Below are positions 1 through 18,848 of a stretch of 64,000 bases of DNA, in pieces. Position 1 is the first letter of the stretch, and each line of letters starts with the position of its first letter. The translations under genes were made by a program, and so were the position numbers. The DNA comes from the human T2T-CHM13v2.0 reference genome, Homo sapiens: assembly GCF_009914755.1 (NCBI RefSeq), contig NC_060933.1, one strand, 5' to 3'. The notes under the pieces are model-generated. The model was not told the DNA's origin. It saw only the letters and a list, made by a program, of their open reading frames with translations, and made no database searches.

Positions 1-207
1 CCACCACGCCTGGCCTGAACCTGCCTTTTAACAAGACCCCAAGGTGATTCAAGGCACATCAAAGTTTAAGAAGCATAGATTTACATTATATTCTGTCTAT
101 CCCTGCACATCTCACATGGTTATTCAGCCTAATGTCCGTGTGAGTCAGTCTTCCTCTTTCTTTTCATGCCTTCCATGGATTTCACCTGGTGTACTCTTGA
201 TACCATC

Positions 208-588
208 TGTATTAGCCTGTTCTGACAAGGCTATAAAGAAATACCGGAGACTGGGTAATTTATAAAGGGAAGAGGTTTAAATAACTCAAAGTTCTGCGTG
301 GCTGGGGAGGCCTCAGGAAACTTACAATCATGGCAAAAGGGGAAGCAGGCACCTTCTTCACAAGGCAGCAGGAGAGAGAGTGTGAGCGTGTGAAGGAGGA
401 ACTGTCAAACACTTATAAAACCATCAGATCTCATGAGAACTCATTCACTATCATGAGAACAACATGTGGGAGACCCCCACCTCCATGATCCAATCACCTT
501 CCACCAGGTCACCTCCCTTGACACATGGAGATTATGGGGATTACAATTCAAGATGAGATTTGGGTGGGGACACTGCCAAACCATATCA
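208..588 (-). mobile_element. MaLR solo LTR, THE1D/MSTA-like
   Basis: TGTATTAG...CCAAACCATATCA termini, 381 bp, 5-bp TSD CCATC (203-207 and 589-593). Confidence 0.85.
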
Positions 589-2176
589 CCATCCTAGTAC
601 TGGCTGCAGCTTCCTTTAATTACTGGATGAAGAAACACAATCTTTTGATCAACTAGCATTTCCCTGAAGCACTTGTAAACAATTCCATAAAAATCCTGAG
701 ATAGGTACCTATTTGTGTTTACTCTTGAACTTTCCCCAGCCTCCTCCTCCCCATCCCTGTCTTCCCACAGCTCAATACTTCCACCTTCCATTGTTCAGTA
801 CCCCGCTGTGACTCCTGCCTGTGCTGAGTTGCATCTATGATTGACTCTCATTAGATGTGAGCTCCTTGAGGGAAGGGTCTTACATCATCCATTTTTATAC
901 CTTGATTCCCACCCCTGGACCTAACACAGGTCCTTGGACATAGTAAATATTTGCAGAATTTAATTAAGTTATTGAGTCACATTGGACATAATTTCAGAAG
1001 ATACCAAATGCCTTTTCTTTTTTTTTTTCCACATGCCATTTGTTCTCGTACCACTAAGACCCTAAGACTTTTATTTTGTTGATATCAAGTGGTATAAATA
1101 TTAACAAACATTGTATTATATATCATAATTTTAACTCTGAAGTTTTTAATTTATAGAACAAAAGTTAATATTTCTCTACCAAAATAAATGTCATAGACTG
1201 AGGAAAGAATTTTGTTAATTTGGTCATACCAAAAATATTTAACATTAATTTCTCTCCTCAACTTCTGACTCTGCTGCTCCTTAACTCTGTAACCATGACT
1301 TACCTGTCAAAGCCAAAACTCTTTTGAGCATTTCATGAGAAAATCTATAAAGAGTATATAGCCTACAATAATAGCTAACATGTATTAGCTGTACTTACAG
1401 TGTGAGCCAGGTACTTTTTATTCTAAGTACTTTACATATAGTCTCATTTTAAAATCTCCTAATGACTCCATGAGGTTGATATTTTGTTCTTCCCATTGTT
1501 ATAGGTGAGGAAACAGAGGCACAGGCTACAGGGTATTTTGTCCAAGATAACACAGCTAATAAAGTGGTGAGGCCAAGATTTGAACAGTCTCTTCTTAAAG
1601 AGCCTGCCTCCTGAAGGGTTACTGATGAATTCCTTTCTTCCTTCAAAATGCTTCATGTGATTTAACATGCCTTATTTCATTGTGTATATTAAAGGCCCTT
1701 TGTTTATACATTACTCTCATCTATATTTCCCCATTTGGCCAATGCATTGTATAAATTAGGTGATCTGTAAATGATTGTTGGCTAATTGATCCTATGTGCA
1801 TACATGGGAATACTTGGAAAAGCAATGATTGTTTTAATATAACAAGTTCTTGATGTAGCAAGATTGTTCCTATACATTGTGGAACTCTCAATTTTAATAT
1901 TTACTGACTCCATTATCCATCTTAAAATGGGCATATCGGAAAGGGTAAGGAATAAATAATTGATGGTGGTGTCACACATCTAGTAATATGATAGTTGAGC
2001 TAATATGAATTGGTTCTCCCACCATCTCAAACACATAGAAATATAAAAGTCCCCTCCAGACCAATGCAGAGCCAAACCCAAACTCAAAAGCAATAAAGGA
2101 AATGCCCTTGTGCCAGAAATAAAAAGGGAACTCAAAGCCAGAAGTATAAACAAGATCTGGTGCTAAGGTCTAGACC

Positions 2177-2693
2177 TGTCTTAATCTGTTTTGTGTGGCT
2201 GTAATAGAAGACCCGAGACTGGGTAACTTATAAAGAAAAGATGTTTATTTAGGTCACAGCTCTGTAAGTTGGGAAGTTCAAGGGCATGGCCCTGGCTTCT
2301 GGTGAAGACTTTCGAGCTGCATCAAAATATGATAGAGAAAGTCATCTCATCTTGGGCCATGTGTATATAATTTAATTTTAATAACTAATATAAAATTATT
2401 GTTAAAATATGGTAGAGAAGATCAAAGGGGAAGCAGATCTGTACAAAGAGGAAAAACCCGAGGGGTATCCTGGCTTTATAACAACCCACTCTTGAGTATA
2501 CTAATCCATTCCCATGAGAACTAATCCAGTCCTGCCAGAGTGAGAACTCGCTACTGCAAGAATAGCACCAAACTATTCATGAGGGATCCAGCTCATGACC
2601 CCAAGGGCTCCCACTGGGCCCTGCCTTCCAATACTGCCACAGTGGGGATGAAATTTCAGCATGAGTTTTGCTGAGGACAAACCAACCATAGCA
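2177..2693 (-). mobile_element. MaLR solo LTR, MST/MLT1A-type, with an internal 80-bp insertion
   Basis: TGTCTTA...ACCATAGCA termini, 5-bp TSD AGACC (2172-2176 and 2694-2698). Confidence 0.8.
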
Positions 2694-3688
2694 AGACCCA
2701 CTTACAGGCTTTAATAATGGGAGATAGGGGTCTTAATATCCACATGGGGAAAAGTGATATGATCTTGGCCCACGTGAGTGAAGGAGTCTAAACGAAACCT
2801 TGACATAAAGTCTGGAACCACAAAATTTGGCCCTGCCCTTGGAAACAAGAGCAGAGAAATTCTACCTAGTGACTAAGGAAAACCTTAAGAAAGTTTGCCA
2901 TTTGTCCATGGCTAAAATAAGAGGTTAAGAGGGTACCCATGAGAAGATTAAAATCCAGATTTATACTTCCCTCAGTGCATCATCTAAATTTACACCACTG
3001 TGTAATGCCGATTTATCAAGCTGAAAAATTAATATGAAAACTGTCCTGGAGGACTTGAAACTCCTAAGTCCCCAGAAAAAATAAGTAGCCTGTAGGTAGA
3101 CTTTCACAACTCAGAAAAAAGCCAACCCCCTCCTCAAAAGACAAGCCTATGATCAAAAATTACAAATTACACAGGAAAAGACCCAGTAGGAGAATAGGTA
3201 TCCCCCAAACTGGAGATGATAGAACAGTCTGAAATAATATATACTAAATATGTTTAGAATAACTAAAGAAAAACAGGTGGAATAGAAACTAGATAATAGA
3301 AAAATGATAGTGTGAAAAGGATACTGTAAGTTCTAGAAATGAAACTTAGAGTGGAATTAAAAATTCAGTGAATGAATTAAACATCCAGTAAATGCAACTG
3401 ATGTAAGGACTGGAAACTGCAAGATAGGTGTGAGAAAAATCAGTCAATGCATCACAGAGAGATAAAAAATGGGGAATATATAAAAACCCTCCAAGGACCC
3501 ATAGATTTGGAAACTGAAACTCATATTTTTTCAAAGAATTTACAGTTCAAAGAAAAAAATCACAACATAGATTTATAAGATATTTAGAACTAAACAAAAG
3601 TAAAAATACCATATAATAATTCACAGGACACCAACACAGAATTTAGAAGGAAATGTCTTATATGCATATACTGAAAAACAAAAACAAA

Positions 3689-3812
3689 GCTATAATTCCA
3701 GCACTTTGGGAGGCCGAAGCAGGAGGGTCAGTTGAGGCCAAGAGTTTGAGACCAGCCTAGGCAACACAGTGAGACCCTGTCTCTACAACAAAACAAAACA
3801 ACAACAAAAAAA
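3689..3812 (+). mobile_element. Alu left monomer (FLAM-like) within old L1-like sequence
   Basis: CCCAGCACTTTGGGAGGCC...GAGACCCTGTCTCTAC followed by an A-rich tail. Confidence 0.75.
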
Positions 3813-4465
3813 CTCACAAAGATAATGATAATGAGCTAAGCGATCAACTCCAAAAGGGAGAAAAATAACATAGTAAACCTTTAAAAATTAGATGGAAAGA
3901 ATTTATTAGATAAGAGCAGAATTTAGACATATAGAAAACAAAATAGGGAATGTGATATGGAATACTGAACAGCACTTTGAATGAACTGGATCTACTTGTA
4001 TTAATATTAATAAATCTCAAAAACACAAAAGAATTTCAAAAACACAAGGCAAGAGAATACATCCAGACTGATACCATGTGAGTTAGATTTTTCAAGCACA
4101 AACTGACGTGAGTAGTAGATGTATAAAGGCATGGACAAAAAGTAGGCTCAAATTAAGTGATTATCTAATCTATCTAAGAGAAGATGGAATTGGGGAGGAT
4201 GCAATGGACCCTCAACCATAATGTTTTATTTGGAAAAAAAGATCTGTGGAGGATTTGTTCAGTCTGCGTGGTGGATGTATACATGTTTATGTATTTTTAC
4301 TTTTCACTGAAACATTTCAGAATACTCTTTCAAAGAATCAATAATTCAGATTCTGTATACTGAATAGAATTCTAACAAAATTACAATTAAGAAATAAAGT
4401 TAATGCCAGTGTTGCATGAGGTTTTTACTCATGTGGTTTGGTTGTAGTAAGGGATCTACAATAGT

Positions 4466-5073
4466 TGTAGTAGGCAGTTCTGAGACGGCACCCAAGATTG
4501 CTACTTCTTGGCAAACATACCCTGCATAATCCCCTTACTTTAAGTGTGGATATGATGGGATTTCACATTCATAATTAGATTACATTCTTTGGCAAAGGTA
4601 AAGAGACTTTTGCAAACGTAATGAAAGTCCCTAATCAGTTGATTTTGAGTTAATCAAAACAGATGATCCTGGGTAGGCCTGACTTAATCAAGTGGAAGCC
4701 CTTAAAGAGACTGGGCCCATCCTGCTGACTCTGAAGAGGGAAGCCACTGTGTTGTCAGAGGGCCACATGGCAAGGAAGAGTAGGACTTGCAGGAGCCGAG
4801 AGGAGCCCCTGTTGACAGCCAGTAAGAAATCCTACAACTACCAGGAAGTGAATCCTGAGAACAGCCTCATGAGCCTGGAAGAGAACCCTAAGCTCCAGGA
4901 AGGAATACAGCCTAATTGACACCTTACTGAAGCCTTGTGAGACCCTGAGCAGAGGACTCAGTGTAGCTGTGCTCAGACTCCTGATCCATGGAAATTTTGA
5001 AATATTACCCGTGTGTTGTTTTAAGCTACTAAATTTGTGGTGATTTGTTACACAGCAATAGAAAACTAATGCA
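4466..5073 (+). mobile_element. MaLR LTR, MLT1E/F-like
   Basis: TGTAGTAGGCAG start and MLT1 3' end TTTAAGCTACTAAATTTGTGGTGATTTGTTACACAGCAATAGAAAACTAATGCA. Confidence 0.7.
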
Positions 5074-5954
5074 GTAGCTCTATCTACCCTGTTGTATGAA
5101 AGCAGTTTGTAAATTGACATGCTATATAAACAGTGCTGGTTTTGTTATGGCATTGATTATTCACATTTTATCTGAGTACTATGATCAATACACTAGACTG
5201 TTATGGTATACTACATTTGCCATTCTGCTATACCTTCTCTTAGAGCACAATTTTGATGGAGATAATCAAACCAGGTTCTCATTTTAGATAAAATTTCCAC
5301 AAAAGATCTACAGAAATTGTTTCTAAGCTTATATTACAAAAATGGCAGCACCTATCCAATGCTAATGTCTATGCGAACATCTCTATTATATGGAGTTTGA
5401 GTTTTGAGACCATTTTCTTACCGTTTTGAAGCCATACTATGGGGCTCACTTCACTGATCTAGTAGATGTTCTGGGTATCTGTCATGGCAAAGTGGTAAGT
5501 CTTCTGAAAAGAAGTGGCATCTCAACTTGAACTTTAGAAAATGCAAGAAATAAAACCCTCCTGAAGTAAGACCAGGAGCACATCAGAAGACTCCCTTATT
5601 GGGGTCACAAACTAAGAACGAAAGAATACCCACCTCTTGTTACTCAGCTTATTCTGTGCATGTTATCCTCTGTGTTTATTTCCCTCTCGTCACCCCCTAG
5701 TTTTTAGTAAAGTCTCATTTAAACCTTCTAGTGTAGCTTCTGTTATGCCAGGGATATTAGGAGCATGGACACTTTGATGCATACCACGATGCGGTGATGA
5801 CAGTGCTAATTGATCAGAGTCTCCCCAAGGGAAAGACATCTGCAGGAACAAGACACAAAACTGTACAGCCCACCTCCCCTTCTCACAAGAAGATACTTCC
5901 TGCATGGAAAATCTTGGAGGACTGGAGTTTGATTTTATTAAAAATGCAAGTTAG

Positions 5955-6381
<427 letters not shown>

Positions 6382-7356
6382 CTAACCTTAACAGTACATG
6401 CTTCTCAGTCTACATTCCGAGTTGGCTGTAATATATGCGGCCTCATCCACTCTTACCTTTCTTTGTGACACTGATACCCTTATCAACACACTTCATCCAC
6501 GTCTCTTTCTTGTGCTCTATACACACATATCCGTGTCTTCATTAAGCATCTTCCCCTCAGTGTCCCATCCAAAACTGAACTCATCATCTTTAGAACTATC
6601 CATATTACCCACTTTGGTAGGTATCACCATCCACCCTGTTACCCAAGCTAGAAAACAAGAACCCCAGAACTTCACTTTCTTCCTCATCTCTACTGCCTTC
6701 CACCTTCAGACATATAATTTATCACCAAATACTAACTCGTCCACCTCCTAAATTTGTTCCCCTTCTCCACTCTTTAACACCGCTCACCTTGGATCACAGC
6801 AGCCACTTACAGGATTCGCACACTGCTTTCTAATGCAAAACTCCTTCCAATGAAGGAGTAAATCCTCCAGAGGCTTCCCACTGCCTTCAGGATCAGCTTC
6901 AAATCCTTAGCTTGGCGTATGGGATCCTTCACCACCTGCTTCTTCTTACTTGTGCAGTTACGTACATCTACCTAATTATGGGCCACACTGAATTGCTTGA
7001 AGCTGTTTAAATGTGCCAAGATATCCCAGATTTCTGACCTTTAAGCCTTTGCAGTAGTCTTACGAATTCATACTCGTCCTTTCCCAGACAAATGTCTCTA
7101 CTCTTTTGATGAAACTGTACTGTCTTCCATCCTTAAGGGCAGGGGACATGCATCCAGCTGTCTTTGTAGTCACACAGTGTGCCATGATGCCTATTTCTGT
7201 AGGTGCTCAATAAGTGTTTGATGTGTATTTATTAGGATAATATACCTATGTATGAGTGAACAAATGAATATGGAGATGAATGAATAAGTGTAAGGAGGAA
7301 TGAAGGATGAATTAGATAATTAAAAGCCTCTGCCATCAGTCAAAATGAAACTTTTT

Positions 7357-7481
7357 GTGTGTGTGTGTGTGTGTTGTAGAGATGGTGTCTCATTATGTTG
7401 CCCAGGCTGATCTCAAATTCCTGGGCTCCCACCTTGGCTTCACAAAGTACTGGAATTACAGGTGTGAGCCACCATACCTGG
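7357..7481 (-). mobile_element. FLAM/Alu monomer with a (TG)n tail
   Basis: (TG)n followed by AGAGATGGTGTCTC...GAGCCACCATACCTGG. Confidence 0.7.
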
Positions 7482-9763
7482 ACTCATTTTTAAAATATAT
7501 ATATACTTGATTACTTCACCACAATAGTGTCCTTTTGCTCATGGCCCATGGGCCTAGTCCCTTTTAGAGTTCTCAGTCACCTGTAAGATACATGCCTTGA
7601 ATGCTACCAGGTGATAAATTTGAGTTGGACAATGAAGAAAATATTGTACATGTATTTTCTTATTTATTTAGACCAAATAGGCTGAGAGAGTAACTTGAAT
7701 ATTTAAGAGCTTCCTTAAAATGCACCATAAATAATGGAAAGTGAATGACTTGATTACTTCCCTTATTTTTCTCTTATTTTTATTTGGGTTGATAGGAAGG
7801 AGGAGGTTTGTGGAGGGGGAGAAAATATAAAACAGTGGAACATGCAAAAAGAGGGCCCAATTCTTCCCTTTCTCTCAATTTCCATGATATAACTAACTCT
7901 GATCTCTCATGGTGGGCAATGGAATATTGTGGATAAAGTCTGGATAACTGAATTGTCAAAACCCTCCAATATGGACCACTAATTAAAGCACTGAAAGCAC
8001 AACTAAGTGTACTCAGTATGTTAATGATGCAGAATACAATGTAACCTTTGATTCAGGAGCGGCTTCAAGATCCAAGCGTCCTGGGAGAAGCAGCAATCCC
8101 TCTTCCTGGGCGCAGAGATGCTGGTTTAACACAGTCATGTGTCAGAGAAAACTAGTTTTTCCTGCAGGCCCAAATCCTACCCTAGAGAAACCCATTAGAC
8201 CTTTACCAAAATCAACTTTTCTTCTGAGTCAGACCGAATTCTTAATTGTAGGTGATAGACCAAAAGGGAAAGATGACTCAATGTAAATAATCGTTGCTAT
8301 TGACAAAACAGTGCAAACCACATTTCCTGTTGATGGTGGAGTCACCCATGACGGAAAACATTTTTATTGCTTTAATAACACAATTATATTATTTTTTAAC
8401 TCTTCCCCTTCAAATCCTCTAGCACTTAATATAGTGCTTGGGATATATTTGGATATTAATAAATGCAAAAGTGTTATTGCCTCTTTTTGAATTAACATAC
8501 TACAAAGAATGTGTTTACTGTACTTTCTTACCTTAAAACTTAAACCTAAAAATGTATGCTAATATGAACCTTTGCTTGATATTTCATGCTTGCCTCTTTG
8601 GTCGCTAGGAAAAGTCAGCAACATTCAGCAAAACTGTCAAGGATTGGAGCATTTAATAGTTGGCTGATGGTCCACAGGCAAGTCCATCCAAACAGCCAAA
8701 GTTGTATTACTCAGTGTTTTTAAAAGATGAAGATTTGGGGTGGAGCCAAGATGGCCAAATAGGAAGAGCTCCAGTCTACAGCTCCCAGCGTGAGTGACTC
8801 AGAAGATGGGTGATTTCTGCATTTCCAACTGAGATACCAGGTTCATCTCACTGGGGAGTGTCGGAAAGTGGGTGCAGGACAGTGGGTGCAGTGCACCGTG
8901 CGTGAGCCGAAGCAGGGCGAGGCATCGCCTCACCCGGGAAGCACAAGGGGTCAGGGAATTCCCTTTCCTAGTCAAAGAAAGGGGTGACAGATGGCACCTG
9001 GAAAATCGGGTCACTCCCACCCTAATATTGCACTTTTCCAACGGTCTTAGCAAATGGTACACTGGGAGATTATATCCTGCGCCTGGCTCAGAGGGTCCTA
9101 CGCCCGCAGAGACTCACTCATTGCTAGCACAGCAGTCTGAGATCAAACTGCAAGGCAGCAGCGAGACTGGGGGAGGGGCGCCCATCACTGTCCAGGCTTG
9201 AGTAGGTAAACAAAGCAGCCGGGAAGCTCGAACTGGGTGGAGCCCACTGCCCCTCAAGGAGGCCTGCCTGCCTCTGTACACTCCACCTCTAGGGGCAGGG
9301 CAGTGCCAAACAAAAGGCAGCAGAATCCTCTGCAGACTTAAATGTCTCTGTCTGACAGCCTTGGAGAGAATAGTGGTTCTCCCAGCACACAGCTGGACAT
9401 CTGAGAACAGGCAGACAGCCTCCTCAAGTGGGTCCCTGACCCCCGAGTAGCCTAACTGGGAGGCACCCCCCAGTAGGGGCAGACTGACACCTCACATGGC
9501 AGGGTAACCCTCTGAGACAAAATTTCCAGAGAAATGATCAGGAAGCAACATCTGCTGTTCACCAATATCCACTGTTCTGCAGTCTCCGCTGCTGATACAC
9601 AGGCAAAGAGGGTCTGGAGTGGACCTCAAGCAAACTCCAACAGACCTGCAGCTGAGGGTCCTGACCGTTAGAAGGAAAACTAACAAACAGAAAGGACATC
9701 CACACCAAAACCCCATCTGTACATCACCATCATCAAAGACCAAAGGTAGATAAAACCACAAAG

Positions 9764-10787
9764 ATGGGGAAAAAACAGAGCAGAAAAACTGGAAACTCTA
9801 AAAATCAGAGCGCCTCTCCTCCTCCAAAGGAACGCAGCTCCTTACCAGCAATGGAACAAAGCTGGAGGGAGAATGAGAATGACGTTGACGAGTTGAGAGA
9901 AGAAGGCTTCAGATGATCAAACTACTCTGAGCTAAAGGAGGAAGTTCGAACCCAAGGCTAAGAAGTTAAAAACCTTGAAAAAAAAATTAGACGAATGGCT
10001 AACTAGAATAACCAATGCAGAGAAGTCCTTAAAGGACCTGATGAAGCTGAAAACCAAGGCACGAGAACTACGTGACAAATGCACAAGCCTCAGTAGCCGA
10101 TTCAATCAACTGGAATAAAGGGTATCAGTGATGGAAGATGAAATGAATGAAATGAAGTGAGAAGAGAAGTTTAGAGAAAAAAGAATAAAAAGAAATGAAC
10201 AAAGCCTCCAAGAAATATGGGACTATGTGAAAAGACCAAATCTACATCTGATTGTTGTACCTGAAAGTGATGGGGAGAAAGGAACCAAGTTGGAAAACAC
10301 TCTGCAGAATATTATCCAGGAGAACTTCCCCAACCCAGCAAGTCAGGCCAACATTCAAATTCAGGAAATACAGAGAACGCCACAAAGATACTCCTCGAGA
10401 AGAGCAACTCCAACACACATAATTGTCAGATTCACCAAAGTTGCAATGAAGGAAAAAATGTTAAGGGCAGCCAGAGAGAAAGGTCGGGTTACCCACAAAG
10501 GGAAGCCCATCAGACTAACAGCTGATCTCTCGGCAGAAACTCTACAAGCCAGAAGAGAGTGGGGGCCAATATGCAACATTCTTATAGAAAAGAATTTTCA
10601 ACCCAGAATTTCATATCCAGCCAAACTAAGCTTCATAAGTGAAGGAGAAATAAAATACTTTACAGACAAGCAAATGCTGAGAGATTTTGTCACCACTAGG
10701 CCTGCCTTACAAGAGCTCCTGAAAGAAGCACTAAACATGGAAAGGAAAAACCGGTGCCAGCCACTGCAAAAACACACCAAATTGTAA
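9764..10787 (+). pseudogene. L1 ORF1 remnant
   Basis: ATGGGGAAAAAACAG start; premature TGA at 9914-9916; the C-terminal half is readable in ORF 10227-10787 (…REKG…YPAKLS…). Confidence 0.9.
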
Positions 10788-10850
10788 AGACCAGAGAGGC
10801 TAGGAAGAAACTGCATCAACTAACGAGCAAAATAACCAGCTAAGATCATA

Positions 10851-14653
<3,803 letters not shown>

Positions 14654-14942
14654 ACAATGAGAACACTTGGACACAGGAAGGGGAATATCACACACCAGGG
14701 CCTGTTGTGGAGTGGGGGGAGGAGGGAGGGATAGCATTAGGAGATATACCTAATGTTAAATGACGAGTTGATGGGTGCAGCACACAAACATGGCACATGT
14801 ATACACATGTAACTAACCTGCACATTGTGCACATGTACCCTAAAACTTAAATAATAAAAAAAAAAGATGAAGATGTTTAATGTGGGGGAAATGCTTATGA
14901 CTTAACATTAAATGAAAATTGCTTTTTAAAAAAATCACATGC

Positions 14943-15270
<328 letters not shown>

Positions 15271-15285
15271 AAAAAAATCACATGC

Positions 15286-15600
15286 TACAACATGGATGTA
15301 CCTTGAAAACATGCTACGTGAAATAAGCCAGATACAAAAGGCTGCATCTTGTATGATTACATTTATAGGAAATGCCAGATTAGGCAAATCCATAGAGACA
15401 GAAAAGTAGATTAGTGGTTACCAGGAGCCCTTGGGGGTAGGGAGAAGTGGGGAGTGACTAACAGGTGTGGAATTTTGGGGGGGTAATGGAAATACTGGAA
15501 CTAGACATTGGTGACAGTTGTACAACATTGTATGTTAAAAACCATGGAATTATATACTTTAAAATGGTAAATTTTATGTTATATGAATTTGATCTCAAAA
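15286..15600 (+). mobile_element. Old L1M (L1MB-like) 3' fragment
   Basis: ACAACATGGATG...CCTTGAAAACATGCTA...GGCAAATCCATAGAGACAGAAAAGTAGATTAGTGGTT. Confidence 0.7.
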
Positions 15601-15761
15601 AAAATTTACAAAAAACTACATATATAGCCATTAAAAATTATGAGATATTTCAGCAGAATACAGATTGTAAATAATTTTTTAAATTATAAGAGATAATACA
15701 AAAGACAATTCATTTGAAATGTTTAGTTCAAGGCCTGACATATAGTATGTGTTTAGTATAT

Positions 15762-16190
15762 CTGAGACAGGTCTCAGTTAATTAAGAAAGCTTATTTTGC
15801 CAAAGTTAAGGACTCACCTGTGACAGCCTCAGGAGGTCCTGAGGACATGTGCCCAAGGTGGTCAGGGCACAGCTTGGTTTTGTACATTTTAGGGAGATAT
15901 GAGATATCAATCAGTACATGTAAGATTTACATTGGTTCAGTCCAGAAAAGGCGTGACAACTTGAAGCAGGCAGGCAGCTTCCAGGTGACAGTTAGGTAAG
16001 AGACAAAGGTTGCATTCTTTTGAGTTTCTGATTAGCCTTTCCAAAGGAGGCAATGAGATATAAAATTATCTTTGAGCGGAGGGATAACTTTGAATAGAAT
16101 GGGAGGAAGATTTGCCCTAAGCAGTTGCCAGCTTGACTTTTCCCTTTAGCTTAGGGATTTTGGGGCTCCAAGATTTATTTTCCTTTCACA
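15762..16190 (-). mobile_element. ERV1 LTR, MER4A-like
   Basis: The reverse complement begins TGTGAAAGGAAAATAAATCTTGG...CTAAGCTAAAGGG. Confidence 0.75.
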
Positions 16191-17236
16191 GCTGCAATAT
16201 ATAAGGAAAAATAGAAACAATACAACCTTGGATGTATTTGAGTTGATTAGTTTGTGGATGAATTTTTGCATTTATTTTTATTGCAGGCAGAGCTGCTATA
16301 ATATATTGCCAGTATAGTAAATACTTTATTTAAAGGATTTGAAAATAAAAAATAAAAGCTTTATGGACTCCAGCATCTGTGCTTTGAGCCGGAATTCCCG
16401 TGAAGAGCCTGTATTGGTGGAGCTACTCAGCTCTTTAGGGAGGCAGGAAGAGATGAGAAAGGGATACAGATTATTACAGCCTAAGGGCAGGATGGAGAAA
16501 CTATCCGTCTATTTATCCACTGAATGCATGTAGTCATTTGTCAGTAAGTGTTCTTCTAAACTTATTTACTCATCATCAACGTTCATCTTAGATTAGCTCC
16601 CAAAGGGCAAAAAGACACATAATTAATTTGCTTAATGTAGTGCCTAGCATGATGACATGGTGAGATATGTTTTAGCAATAATTAAAAATACTTTTTCCTT
16701 TGCCAGTAATTCTTATTTAATCAAGCCAAAATTAATTTACATAGAGAACTACTCTATGGCTTTCATTTAAAAAAACAACAGATGATTTCAATCTCTTTTC
16801 TGCAAATACCCCAAAAGAAGAACAATGCTGTTTTCATAAATCTTAGTCAAATGAAACTCAGCTACTATCCCCAGGTTAATTTTATAACTGTAAAAAGTGT
16901 GTGTGCATAAGAACAAAGGCTGGTTAGGACCTGGAAAAAACGAGAGAGGGAGAGATAGACTGATGTAATGATATGTGACTTTTTTGTTCTTTTCTGATTC
17001 CCAGTATTGTTTCCTGAACAATATTTTTTTTATAAACTTAGCAACAAAAAACAAATCACTTCAGAACCTCTGAGACAAGGCTGTGGACTGGCAGTTGTTT
17101 TTTGAGACAACATGGAAGAAATGATATTCTGTGCATCTTCTCTTTTAAACTTTCATCTTTGAACTTAAAGATGATCCCTAGCTGAGATCATGGGTGTTTT
17201 CCTCCCATGTTTCTTTCTTTGTGTTTTACCAACTTA

Positions 17237-17534
<298 letters not shown>

Positions 17535-17574
17535 TTACCAACTTACTTATATTTAGCATAAAAGCTGGAGAAAG

Positions 17575-18449
17575 CGATAGGGACAGGAGGCAGAGAAATT
17601 CTGGGCAGAAGAGGGCAGTCCCCAGCAAGGGCCTCACTCTGAAGCCTGGACCCATGGCCCAAAGTGAGAACATACATTCTTGTTTTCCTGCTCAAATGTT
17701 GCCTTTTCCAAAACCACCCATGGCCCTCCTGCCACCCATCATGTGCCCATAAAAACCCCAGTCTCCAACAGCAGAGAAAGGAGAAGAGGAGAAGCAGCTA
17801 GACATTGGAGAGAAGCAGCTTGACTTCAAAGGGATGGCTTGACAGTGTTACCTCAGGGAGGAGTCTGGCCAGGGATGGCCAGACTCTGGGGGAAGATTAT
17901 CCCGCTCCATCCCCTTTTCAGCTCCCCTCCATTGAAAGCCATGTTCATCAGCAATAAAATCCTCCACATTCACCACCCTTCAATTCATTCATGTGACCTG
18001 ATTATTCCTGGACACCAAACAAGAGCTCGGGTGCCATGGGTGAGGATGCTAAAGGCTGTCACACTGACCCTGTGCTCTCGGTAGAGAGCAACTGTCTCAT
18101 GCAAAAAGGCAGAGGGCCCACTGAACTGTTGACACTTAAGCCGTCCGTGGATGGCAAAAGCTAAAAGAGCGCTGACTAAAACACATGCCCTCTGGGCCTT
18201 CAGGGGTAATGGGCACCCACTAGACACTGCCTCAGGACTCTGCACGGAGTTCACTCCAGCTGATGCCCAGAAGCACTCACCCTGGCTCCTGTACCTGCTC
18301 ACCTGTGGACTCCCTTCTGCAAGGGGTGAAGTGCAACGGGTCCAAGTGAGTGGAGTTTGCCCCTGCCAGTGACAAAGCGGCCAGCTAGATCCAGCACCCG
18401 TGCACTGCAGTTCCCACCTGCAACGGTGTCAGGGAAATTTCCTGCTTCA
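17575..18449 (+). mobile_element. ERV1 solo LTR, MER50-like
   Basis: (T>C)GATAGGGACAGGAGGCAGAGAAATTCT start, ...TTTCCTGCTTCA end, 4-bp TSD AAAG. TATA-like CATAAAAA at 17748, AATAAA at 17953. Confidence 0.8.
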
Positions 18450-18848
18450 AAAGCACAGGCAGCTTTCTTGGAAATGAGATAATGTGATCTCATTTTAAAG
18501 TTGAGGACATCAAGGCTCAGAGGTGATTAGAGGCATTAGAAGGGACTTCTGAAGACAGCTAATCTAACCCTTGAAAATAGGAGAAGTTAAAGTTATGGCC
18601 CAGGTTCCACACCTCACAATTGGTGGAACCAGGCTTGAGCCTGCTTGCCTAATACCAGTGTCCTTCCCAAGCTTCCCAAGCATCTGCTTGAAATTACCTG
18701 TGTCTGTGGTGGGAAGGAAGCGCAAGAATGGTGTCCTGTGTCCATTGCTGGGGCTTTGGGGGTCCAGGTACTTAGTTTACTTTTGAGAATTCCTTGTTGG
18801 CTCTGCTGAAGTCCTTCCTGCTACACCGTTCAGGGAAATTGTTGATCT

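Noticed and set aside
14862-14942. L1 3' transduction carrying the downstream Alu
   Set aside because: The L1 TSD closes at 14874 and the AluYb8 has its own separate TSD.
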